A stretch of 63,957 nt of DNA, filler included, from Octopus bimaculoides (lineage: Eukaryota): NCBI RefSeq assembly GCF_001194135.2. It is 4 parts of 3 records of this genome, joined end to end, with 100 filler letters (N's around TTAATTAATTAA, not from the genome) between each part and the next. Parts side by side here need not be neighbours in the genome. Positions count along the whole stretch, not along the records: positions 41,174 to 61,794 come from NC_068992.1; positions 61,895 to 63,957 come from NC_068991.1; 2 more parts are not named here. One strand, given 5' to 3'. This document shows positions 53,518 through 63,957 of this stretch, piece after piece. The position numbers were made by a program, and so were the translations under genes. Position 1 is the stretch's first letter, and each line of letters starts with the position of its first letter. The notes beneath the pieces were generated by a model that saw nothing but the letters and a program-made list of their open reading frames with translations, was not told the origin of the DNA and searched no databases.

Positions 53518-54374
53518 GTGGTGATGATGATGAAGACAATGGTGACAATGCTATGAAATGAAGGGTTAGAGTCTTGTTAGGATTTCAACTTTGCCTTANN
53601 NNNNNNNNNNNNNNNNNNNNNNNNNNNNNNNNNNNNNNNNNNNNNNNNNNNNNNNNNNNNNNNNNNNNNNNNNNNNNNNNNNNNNNNNNNNNNNNNNNNN
53701 NNNNNNNNNNNNNNNNNNNNNNNNNNNNNNNNNNNNNNNNNNNNNNNNNNNNNNNNNNNNNNNNNNNNNNNNNNNNNNNNNNNNNNNNNNNNNNNNNNNN
53801 NNNNNNNNNNNNNNNNNNNNNNNNNNNNNNNNNNNNNNNNNNNNNNNNNNNNNNNNNNNNNNNNNNNNNNNNNNNNNNNNNNNNNNNNNNNNNNNNNNNN
53901 NNNNNNNNNNNNNNNNNNNNNNNNNNNNNNNNNNNNNNNNNNNNNNNNNNNNNNNNNNNNNNNNNNNNNNNNNNNNNNNNNNNNNNNNNNNNNNNNNNNN
54001 NNNNNNNNNNNNNNNNNNNNNNNNNNNNNNNNNNNNNNNNNNNNNNNNNNNNNNNNNNNNNNNNNNNNNNNNNNNNNNNNNNNNNNNNNNNNNNNNNNNN
54101 NNNNNNNNNNNNNNNNNNNNNNNNNNNNNNNNNNNNNNNNNNNNNNNNNNNNNNNNNNNNNNNNNNNNNNNNNNNNNNNNNNNNNNNNNNNNNNNNNNNN
54201 NNNNNNNNNNNNNNNNNNNNNNNNNNNNNNNNNNNNNNNNNNNNNNNNNNNNNNNNNNNNNNNNNNNNNNNNNNNNNNNNNNNNNNNNNNNNNNNNNNNN
54301 NNNNNNNNNNNNNNNNNNNNNNNNNNNNNNNNNNNNNNNNNNNNNNNNNNNNNNNNNNNNNNNNNNNNNNNNNN

Positions 54375-54736
54375 TGTTGGCACTCCGTCGCTTACAACGT
54401 CGTGGGTTCCAGTTGATCTGATCAACGGAACAGTCTGCTCGTGAAATTAACGTGCAAGTGGCTGAGCACTCCACAGACACATGTACCCTTAATGTAGTTC
54501 TCGGGGATATTCAGCATGACCCTTTGAATTACAGGCACAACAGAAACAGGAAGTAAGAGTGAGAGAAAGTTGTGGTGGAAGATACAGCAGGGTTTGCCAC
54601 CATCCCCTGCCAGAGCCTCGTGGAGCTTTAGGTGTTTTCGCTCAATAAACACTCACAACACCCGGTCTTGGAATCAAAACCGTGATCCTATGACCGCAAG
54701 TCTGCTGCCCTAACCACTGGGCCATTGCGCCTCCAC
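54375..54736 (-). mobile_element. SINE family C, CpG-decayed copy
   Basis: Colinear with the copy at 48633-49017. Confidence 0.92.
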
Positions 54737-55435
54737 ATATACATGCACACACATGTATAGACACAAACACAAGCATATACACAAACACACACACATACAC
54801 ATACACAGTTCTGAATGTAACCAATTCTATGTATTTAAATACTTTCAGAAATAAACATGCTCATCATTTTAATGGCTCTGAAGAAGCTATAGGATGTTGC
54901 ACAGCCATTCAACTTCTGATTACACTGTTTCTCATAGTAGAAACAGTTGTAAGCTAATGAAGTTGGTTACATCAATCTTGTTCGCTTGTCATTCACCAGT
55001 TTAGTACATTAAGCTCTGCATTCACTTAATGCTTTATTTCTAAAGCATGTGTATATTAGAGTTTCAACTACTAGTTATTAGTATTGCTACAAAGCAAATT
55101 CATAGAATAAACCCACACACATGCACACACATGTGCATCTCAGAAAAATTAAAAAATTGAGTCAAAAATGAATATTCAAAAAAAGAAAAAGCATTGTTCT
55201 TATGCATAATAGACGCAGTGGTGGAGCTTCTCTTCAGTCTATGAACAATCTCACTGATTTCAAGAATGATTATTGTAGACTAACAAGTGTAAGACTACAG
55301 AAAAATATGTGAATTCTGCTTATCTCAAAAATATTGCAAATAATATTAGCTTGAGCAGAGCATATTTAGGTAATATTCTTTCAGCCAAGACTTCTATATA
55401 ATTTTTTATCGTCATCATCATCATCATCATCATCG

Positions 55436-55570
55436 TTTAACATCCGCTTTCCATGCTAGCATGGGTTGGACGATTTGACTGAGGACTGGTGAAACCAGAT
55501 GGCAACACCAGGCTCCAATCTAATTTGGCAGAGTTTCTACAGCTGGATGCCCTTCCTAACGCCAACCACT
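55436..55570 (+). mobile_element. Interspersed repeat family D (TTTAACATCCGCTTTCCATGCTAGCATGGGTTGG...GGATGCCCTTCCTAACGCCAACC); further copies near 56102, 56680, 60633, 60800 and on the minus strand near 40900, 48000, 51150, 59900
   Basis: Multiple dispersed copies, usually next to (CAT)n. Probably an RTE-related SINE or LINE tail (inference). Confidence 0.75.
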
Positions 55571-56890
55571 CAAATGCTGCAGTTGTAATAATGAGCAAGA
55601 ATTCAGTTGTCCAAAAGACCATCATTGACATATTCCACATAGAGCAGAAAACAAAGAAGGATATCACTGAAAAAAGCTGGTTATTTCCATATTTCTGTAT
55701 TAAAAAGCATAACTCTGCAACATTGTCTGAACAAGCAAAGTATGATAGAAAAAGGTACCTCGAGGCTACTATGAAAACAAGTTGATTTGGTGATATGAGA
55801 AAGGTTTACAAGTAGGAGTCAGAGAGAGAAGCTAAAGCATTCAAGAGTCACCAGGCATAAAAACAGCTTTAAGAGGTGGAGTACAACAGCCAAACCTATT
55901 TCTTAATGAAAAACTGGTGGCATAGGTAGTTGATTTTGGCCATTTCAATGAGAAACAAATGCTACATTTGAGGAATACTAGAGAGGCACAGAACCCAAGC
56001 TGTTTAAATTCCTGCATCTAGTTTCAGCAGTTGGTGATGGTTTGAAATATCACAGGTCATATGGAGGGTGTTGGACCAATGAGTTTCTTCATCGTCATCG
56101 TTGTTTAACGTCTGCTTTCCATGCTAGCATGGGTTGGATGATTTGACTGAGGACTGGTGGACCAGGAGGCGACACCAGGCTCCAATCTGATTTGGCAGAG
56201 TTTCTAGAAGTCACAATTAAAGCGGCAGTCCACCATGAGATCTTTGTATACACAAGTGCATCCACACACACACACACACACACACAGATGCATACACATA
56301 TAAAGGGAAGGACACAAAGCTGAAGGAACCATGCCAAAGCAGACAACAGATCTCAGCACAGTCTTCTGGCTTGCAGCTTTATGTCAAACCACTCAACCCA
56401 TGCCAGCCTGGAAAAACAGAAGATAAATGATGATGATGATGCTATATATTCACACAAACACACACACATACACACACAGATAGGCAGATATCATTTCTAT
56501 ATATTTTTCCATGCTTGAAAGACCTGGATGATGGAGACCAACATCAATACATTGTCTGCCTGTTTGTTTGTTTGTTTGTTCTCTCTCTCTCTCTCTCTCT
56601 CACTCTCTCTCACTCTCTCTCTCTCTCTCTCTCCTTCCCCAAATAACAATTCTTCATCATCTCTTAGTAAGCTAAGGGGCTGCACCAGACTCCAGTCTGA
56701 CTTGGCATGGTTTCTACAGCTTGCTGCCCTTCCTAACGCCAAGGACTTTAAAAGTGTAATGGCTACTTTTCTGTGCCACTGGCATGGGTACCAGTTGTGT
56801 GGCACCAGTATCTGCCACAACTACAATTTCACAAGGCTTGATTGGTCTTCTACTGAAGCATGGCATATTGTCAAAGGTCTCAGTCATTTA

Positions 56891-57127
56891 CCATTGCCTC
56901 CATGAGGCCATTGCTTCCATGAGGCCATTGCCTCCATGAGGCCATTGCCTCCATGAGGCCATTGCCTCCATGAGGCCATTGCCTCCATGAGGCCATTGCC
57001 TCCATGAGGCCATTGCCTCCATGAGGCCATTGCCTCCATGAGGCCATTGCCTCCATGAGGCCATTGCCTCCATGAGGCCATTGCCTCCATGAGGCCATTG
57101 CCTCCATGAGGCCATTGCCTCCATGAG
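56891..57127. repeat. 17-bp minisatellite CCATTGCCTCCATGAGG, about 14 copies
   Basis: Direct reading. One variant unit (second copy, GCTT) and no spacers. Confidence 0.97.
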
Positions 57128-58136
57128 ACTCTGCCTCTAATGTCCAGTCTTTCTCTCAGCCCACTTAGGCACTACCATTCAACCATTCATACATGCTTAT
57201 TTGGTTCCATACCTTGCTACTATTCACTATCACACCTCATCCACAGGCAATACTAAATATAAAGGGATACATATTCACATGGAACACATACCATGTTTGA
57301 TAGTATAAAAGATGTACAGGTATTTGAGATGCAGCCCAATTTCAGCAGCACATATTCGGGAAAGAAAGTAACAGGGACAAAATTAGCATATGGAAGGCCC
57401 AACTTCACATATAGAACCCAGGATGTTTCTTTCAGAAATACGATTCTGGGGTCAGAAAAAAAAGTTTATCTTGTATATACCATCAAATACTATAGTTGCT
57501 GCTGCTAGGAAGAATATCAGGGTATAAAGAAAAAAATCAACATTGTAGGCATTGCCAGGTAACCATGACAACATACTTTCATGGTGTTTAAGTTAAAGAG
57601 GACCAAAAAATCTAGACAACTGGCCAAGAGCTGTTATCATTCCACAATTTTTGTAAACTTGGAGAACAAAGTGTGTCATAAAGGATCAGAACAAACAAAG
57701 AATTACAGAAAACCACGAGGAGTAGGAGGAGTGTTTTGAGTGGCAGCAACATAACTGAACACCGAGAGGTGAAAACAGTCAGTTAATTTGGCAGAGATAA
57801 TTAAAGTTAACACTACGAGTGAATAAATTTTCTGGACGCAGCTGACAAAAGTTGAATGTGAGAGTGGAGAAAGATCAAATAGTTTCGAGGAGACCTGGTA
57901 GAAATTAGTTAATGGACATCAGCTGTCATTTTGGAAAGACGAAAAGAATTCTATTCAAGCTTAACACTGGTTATTATAAACAAATGGGTTAAGTCACTTG
58001 TGGTCATTTATTAAAAGAGTCAGTTGTTGCTAAGATCGCCAAACTTGATATAACAACAGAAAGAACCAATCTTGTTTAATGGCTCCTGTCAAGAATTGGT
58101 AATGCCAAAACAAAGTGTAACCAAAGTCATACTTAC

Positions 58137-58188
58137 TTATTATGACAGCCAATACAATTAAAATGACCATTCCAATTATAATTTTTGT
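58137..58188 (-). CDS. VAMP/synaptobrevin-family (VAMP4-like) transmembrane exon: TKIIIGMVILIVLAVII, 52 nt, phase 0-1
   Basis: Acceptor ttttctgttttccttttcag, donor TAA|gtaagt, and a hydrophobic helix. Size and phase match my recollection of the TM exon of VAMP1-4. The SNARE-motif exons are not in the window. Confidence 0.65.
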
Positions 58189-58645
58189 CTGAAAAGGAAA
58201 ACAGAAAAGAAAACATTAAGTAATATACAAACATAGCATTTCTCAGGACAAGTCTCCCGTCAACCTCGTTGCTAGTTGCTTTACAGTAGAAGGTGATTAT
58301 AATTTCCGTTTCTTCTTTTTCCGCACTGTGTGGGGACTGACACGCCAAAGGACAAACCCAATGTTTCCTCTGTGTGTCATAAAAAGTGGCTAAAAGAGGT
58401 TGAGGTAGGATTTGCACTCCAACATTGTAAATTCCTTGCCAGAAATGACTACCCAAACAGATCCATGGGTTGGAAGGTTGTTGCCTGAGTGATGCAAAAG
58501 GATCATCTGCCGAGAGTAGTGGGGAATCACCAACAAACAGTGGATGCAGCAATGCACCCCATACTACTATTGTTACTACTTTTACTACTACTACTTTTAA
58601 TCAATCATAGTCATTGGTATTCAAATATTTTGCACAAATTTTGTA

Positions 58646-58831
58646 CAGACGTGGCTGTGTAGTAAGAAGCTTGCTTCCCAACCACATGGTTCCAGGTTCA
58701 GTCCCACTGTGTGACACCTTAAGCAAGTCTCTCCTACTATAGCCTTGGGCCAACCAAAGCCTTGCGAGTCGTTTTGGTAGATGGAAACTGAGAGAAGTCC
58801 GTCGTATGTGTATGTATGTATGTATATATAT
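58646..58831 (+). mobile_element. SINE family B
   Basis: CAGACGTGGCTGTGTAGTAAGAAGCTTGCTTCCCAACC head, running into (TA)n and a gap. Confidence 0.9.
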
Positions 58832-59436
58832 NNNNNNNNNNNNNNNNNNNNNNNNNNNNNNNNNNNNNNNNNNNNNNNNNNNNNNNNNNNNNNNNNNNNN
58901 NNNNNNNNNNNNNNNNNNNNNNNNNNNNNNNNNNNNNNNNNNNNNNNNNNNNNNNNNNNNNNNNNNNNNNNNNNNNNNNNNNNNNNNNNNNNNNNNNNNN
59001 NNNNNNNNNNNTATCTAAAAGAGTTCCAACTCTGTCTGTTTTTTATGTTTTATTTATAGTCTTGTAAAATTAATGCGGGATATAGAATATGGAATATATA
59101 ATATATAATATAAAAATAAATGGTAAAATGAAATGAAGTATTGAATGTCTTATTGAATATGTGAAATATGTCTTATTGAATATATGAAATATTGAGTATT
59201 CAATATAGAGAATTAAATATATAAAGGCTAATACGTATTTTCATACCTAGTGGTATTCATCAAGGCCTTTGTCTGACAGACTGTAACAGACTGGCTGGTT
59301 TTTTGTCTTTTATACCTATTCCTTTGGACAGCAGCAGTCAAAGAAATCAAACCTGAGACTTATTCTTTGTAAGCTTAGTGCTTATTCTATTCATCAAGAT
59401 CATTACTATACATCAAGTCAGTTTTAGTAATGTCTT

Positions 59437-59657
59437 TTCACCCCTTTAGCATTTAAACCAACCATATCCAGCCCAAATATCCTGTTTTATTTTCAGACCA
59501 CCCAAATCTGACTTCACACACCTACTGTACAATGTCATTCTAAAAATAAACAATCAAATTCCTGAAATGTTGAAGCTACAAGATAATGCATGACTAATTC
59601 AAAACATGAATAAATAACCATTACATTTGAAAGAGTAAGATGAATGCTAAAAGACTA
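59437..59657. mobile_element. Degenerate piggyBac-type MITE
   Basis: CCCCTTTAGCATT ... AATGCTAAAAGAC decayed TIR pair. Confidence 0.55.
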
Positions 59658-61413
59658 AGCAAAATCTGTTTATGTATTCAGGAATTGTTGAAAACATAGG
59701 AGAAAGAAATTTGTGTTTAGAACAATCCTGAACATTTTACAGCCTGTGTTTAGAACAATTCTTAAAAGAGGACTCCTTTGACTTATCTTATCAAGGACTC
59801 TCTAGACTTGTCTGGCTGAGGACATAGCAACCTCTCTGGTGCTGGTGCCATCTGATACAAAATGTGAAGTGGTTGGTGAATGAACAAAAACACCATAAGG
59901 TTGAGAACCTTTTAGTCTTGTCAAAGATATGACAATCTTATTAGTGCTGGTGCCTGGATAAAATGCATGAAGTATACTCTGTCAGTTAGGAAGGGTATCC
60001 AGCGGTAGAAACCATGCCAAAATGAAACAACATGAGAGATAGGATTCCCAGTCACACCTAGAAGGCCAGTGACAGTAACCTTGAATAAGAATTAGACTAA
60101 AACCAAAACAACCCATCCAACCCATGCCAGTATAGAAAAGAGCTGTAAAAATTATGATGATGATGATTTACAATTTATGTACAGAAACAATTCTTAAACA
60201 CTTCACATTATATGCTTTAAACAATACTAAACTTGTTACTGATTATATTTAGAACACTTCTAAACTCGTTACAATATACATTGATTTATCACCATAAAAT
60301 GATTTTATTCCACATCGCAACTTTTACATTCTGAATTCAACGTATATATAGAATTTTCATATTTCTTTTTTTTTTATTTTTGAAATATATATATATATAT
60401 TTTTTAATTTTTGTAGACAAGATAAATCTAAATGAGATAAATGACTAATGATGTGTATAAATTACCTTCCTTCCCATTTTAAAATGTTTATTGCAGTGCT
60501 GATAATTAAAAACAAAAATCAATATTCCAAATTTCCAAATGCTTCAAAAACTATTTTTGTTATTTACCATTATACATGAAATCCAATAAGACATGACTTT
60601 ACAGGTATGTATGCAGATATCACCATCATATCATTTAATGCCCATTTTCCATACTGGCATGGGTTGGACGTCTTGGCAGTAGCTTGTAACACCAAGAACC
60701 GCACCAGACTCCAGTGTATATTTTGGCATACTTTCTACAGCTGGATGCCCTTCCTAATGTCAAACACTTTACAGAGTGCACTGTGTGTTTGTTGTCATAG
60801 TCATTTAATGTTCATTTTCCATGCTGGCATGGGTTAGACGATTTTACAAGAGCTGATAGGCCAGAGGACCGTGCCAAGCTGCAACATCTGGATGTCCTTC
60901 TTAACCCCAACCACTTCACAATGTACTGTGGGTGCTTTTTATGTAGCACCAGCACTAGTGAGGTGACCAAGTAACTTTCAAGAGAAGACCCCTACTTAAC
61001 TGAGGTGGGTGTAGCATTGAGTGAGGTGATTTTTATGCCAGTTAAGGAAAGGATAAAGTATGATAGAGGGGCTGGAACAGGTGTCTTGCTGTAGAGGAGA
61101 CATATGGTTACTCCAATTGGAAAAGAGAGAAGTGAGTGATGAAAAAGTATCAGGGCATAACCTCAAGTTGCAAGAAGGTGAATATAAGAGAAATGGTTGA
61201 GAGGATTGGATAGGATGAATGGGTCTATATGTATATTGAGGGTTCAAAGAAGGTAAGAAAGTACTCAAGACATGTCTAAGAATTTGATTCACTTATTCAA
61301 AGTTAAGGTTTTCACCTACCACTGCTCCAAATTTATCAACTTAAGGAACATGACTGCAGTAGAAAACTCAGAGTTTTAATGAAGTTAAAGTTAAAACCTT
61401 CACATAAATCAAT

Positions 61414-61568
61414 CAGGCATGGCTGTGTGGTAAGAAGATTGATTCCCAACCACACTGTTCTGGGTTCAGTCCCACTGCATGGCACCTTGAGCAAGTGCCT
61501 TCTACTATAGCCTCAGGCCAACCAAAGCCTTGTGAGTAGATTCGGTAGACAGAAACTGAAGGAAGTCC
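61414..61568 (+). mobile_element. SINE family B head (old, CpG-decayed)
   Basis: It ends at GAAGTCC, where a family A SINE begins. Confidence 0.9.
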
Positions 61569-61794
61569 GGCGAGCTGGCAGAAACGTTAGCACGCTGGGC
61601 AAAATGCTTAGCAGTATTTCGTCTACCGCTACGTTCTGAGTTCAAATTCCGCCGAGGTCGACTTTGCCTTTCATCCTTTCGGGGTCGATAAATTAAGTAC
61701 CAGTTATGCACTGGGATCAATATAATCGACTTAATCCGTTTGTCTGTCCTTGTTTGTCCCCTCCGTGTGTAGTCTCTTGTGGGCAGTCAAGAAA
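61569..61794 (+). mobile_element. SINE family A (young, CpG-rich)
   Basis: GGCGAGCTGGCAGAAACG A-box, GAGTTCAAATTCC B-box, and GCCTTTCATCCTTTCGGGGTCGATAAA core. Confidence 0.95.
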
Positions 61795-61913
61795 NNNNNN
61801 NNNNNNNNNNNNNNNNNNNNNNNNNNNNNNNNNNNNNNTTAATTAATTAANNNNNNNNNNNNNNNNNNNNNNNNNNNNNNNNNNNNNNNNNNNNCGGACA
61901 CAGACACACACAC

Positions 61914-61957
<44 letters not shown>

Positions 61958-62379
61958 CCTCTCATGCTACTTTGTTACTAGCATTTCTATTGTCATCAGC
62001 GCCCTCCATAATGCCCACTCCCGGAAGGAGCACATCTATAAAACTCTTTACTCAAGTTTTCATATCTGTTTTGCACACTGTTTCTTCCAACGCAGACTTT
62101 TCTGGGACGCCCAGTTTATGCATTGCTAAGATATTCTCTTTATTTTTAATCTTTTCATACATTTATCCGCCATCGCCACTAATACTTAATGTGTACTATT
62201 TACTAATACCTACTTTCATATGCTAATTAATTAAATTGACCCTTTAATATTTAACCTTCTAATCTCTTTCTCTCTCTCAGCCTTCGTTTCACGTTAATTC
62301 TTCATGTAATTTCCTAAATGAAACCTCTCCTCCCTTTCTATTCTCATGTTGGCTACATATCTTTTGTACCAAGTCCCTA

Positions 62380-63750
62380 AATTAACCCTTGCTTGTTCGT
62401 GGTGTGTCCGCCCATCGCCACCCATACCGGATATCTATCTTGCTCTCTCTTCTCCCACCACCATTACCCGATATCTCTCTCTCCTCTCCCACCACCATTA
62501 CCGGATATCTCTCTCTCCTCCCACCACCATTACCGGATATCTCTGTTCTCTCACTTGAAGTACCCTCTATCATACCTGCAATCTCCTCCCTCTCTCCCAG
62601 GACAAATGAAACTAGTTTAGCTGCCCACTTACTTAATCGGCTATCTTTCATATTCACTCGAAATCTGTCAACAAACTACTTGGTAATTTCCATGGACATA
62701 TCGAAGTGGAAAGAGAAAGCTAATAGGCAGTATGTGCGTGCTGTTCCTCTGTGTGTGTGTGTGTGTGTGGGCGTGCTTGTTCCTCTTACCGGAAACCCAC
62801 TCCCACACTGGTGATATCCTCTGTCATACCTGCAATTTCCACTCTCTCTTTCTCTCTCTCCCAGGACAAATGCAACTAGTTTAGCTGCCCACGTTAATCT
62901 AACATTGGCATATTGATATTCATATTCTCCTTTATCTATCTTTATTGATTTACTTACTTTAATCTGCAACACCAATAATGCTAAAACTCACAATGCTGCT
63001 AACACCTACTCCTACCCCAGTAGGGGTAACAATCTTAACAGGCTTGAATGTTTGAATGATGACAGGTCGAAAGTGAGAACAGGTGTAACATGTCTATCAA
63101 ACGAACACCACGGAAACCTTCTTTTCACACACTGAATAACATCTTCCCTCCCTGTGCCGCCTCCCACATTCCTTTCCCAGTTTTTAGAGTTGGCACACTG
63201 AAAGTTAGGTTTTGTGAGATTGTAGAGACGCTTGAACAGAGATGTGTTGATGTATGCTGCATACAAAAAGTAAGGTGGAGAGGAGCCTCAGCCAGGATCC
63301 TCACAGGCAAGGCACATAATTATAAAATCTTGAGAAGGTAACAGTGATGGTGTAGGCACACTCCTTGCAGAGATAAGGTCAAACAGGTAGTGAGGATATA
63401 CGATAGAGTGCTTAAGATCAGGCTACTCCTGCAAAATAGAATAGCTACAATTATCTCTGCCTACGCCCCACAAGCTGGCCTATCAAACGACCAGAAGGAC
63501 CACTTTTATGATAGCCTTCCACAGGCTAACTCAAAGTCGAGTGGCAATGACCTCATCTTTGCGGCTGGAGATTTTAATGGGCATGTCTGTCAGCAATCCA
63601 GTATCTTCCATGGTGTTCACGGGGGCCATGGAGTTCTGTAATGCATGCAACCAATTAATCTGCAACGCTAACTTCAGGAAGCTAGACAGCCACCTGATAA
63701 CCTATCCATCAGGTGACTCTGCTAGCCAGATTGATTTCATCTTCACCAGG
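62380..63750 (+). mobile_element. RTE-clade LINE 5' part: repeat-containing putative 5' UTR plus decayed AP endonuclease domain, 3'-truncated
   Basis: [38 protein letters not shown] and SQIDFIFTR, broken by frameshifts and stops. The 5' boundary is approximate. Confidence 0.88.
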
Positions 63751-63839
63751 CAAGCTACTTACCAAACAACTACATCATGTAATTTATATATATATGTGTG
63801 CGTCTATATATATATGTATGTATATATATATATATGTGT

Positions 63840-63870
<31 letters not shown>

Positions 63871-63957
63871 TATGTGTATGTATATATATATATATATATA
63901 TGCATATATATGTATGTATATATATATATATATATATGCATATATATGTATGTATAT

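Noticed and set aside
56880-57127. CRISPR-like array or repetitive protein MEAMASWRQWPHGGNGL
   Set aside because: There are no spacers, the context is eukaryotic, and the ORFs are just the 17-bp repeat read in three frames.
58133-58552. 139-aa minus ORF
   Set aside because: Most of it is antisense to a probable retroelement 3' end with a (TAC)n tail (about 58300-58600). Only the embedded 52-nt exon, in another frame, is supported.
880-59067. Long ORFs in the track (e.g. 10519-11705, 20605-21854, 24843-26123, 51712-52911)
   Set aside because: They are runs of X across N-gaps flanked by (TA)n/(CA)n translations and carry no coding information.

Overview
This is eukaryotic, animal, AT-rich draft-assembly DNA, with roughly a fifth of the window as N-gaps. 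The SINE families and dense (TA)n/(CA)n/(AAT)n microsatellites look like an octopus (coleoid cephalopod) genome; this is an inference. Almost every entry in the ORF track is a gap or microsatellite artefact. Two spliced minus-strand genes can be read by hand. (1) Four consecutive in-phase exons (36399-36339, 32387-32284, 31250-31137, 28921-28877) encode the N-terminal luminal domain of a TMEM87A/B orthologue. Exon 1 and the 7TM exons were not found. (2) A 52-nt phase 0-to-1 exon (58188-58137) encodes a VAMP/synaptobrevin-type transmembrane anchor, most like VAMP4. The rest is transposon debris: a full-length dead mellifera-type mariner, a deleted irritans-type mariner, a MULE transposase relic and foldback MITEs, piggyBac MITEs, Helitrons, RTE and Dong/R4 LINE fragments, and dozens of tRNA-derived SINEs. 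Three synthetic TTAATTAATTAA linkers mark assembly joins, and one of them cuts the TMEM87 gene. I found no convincing novel biological system. The most interesting signals are a candidate microexon, a CpG-decay map read from SINE copies, a nested four-element insertion pile-up with a tail-to-tail SINE hairpin, and repeated insertions at one site of a host SINE.
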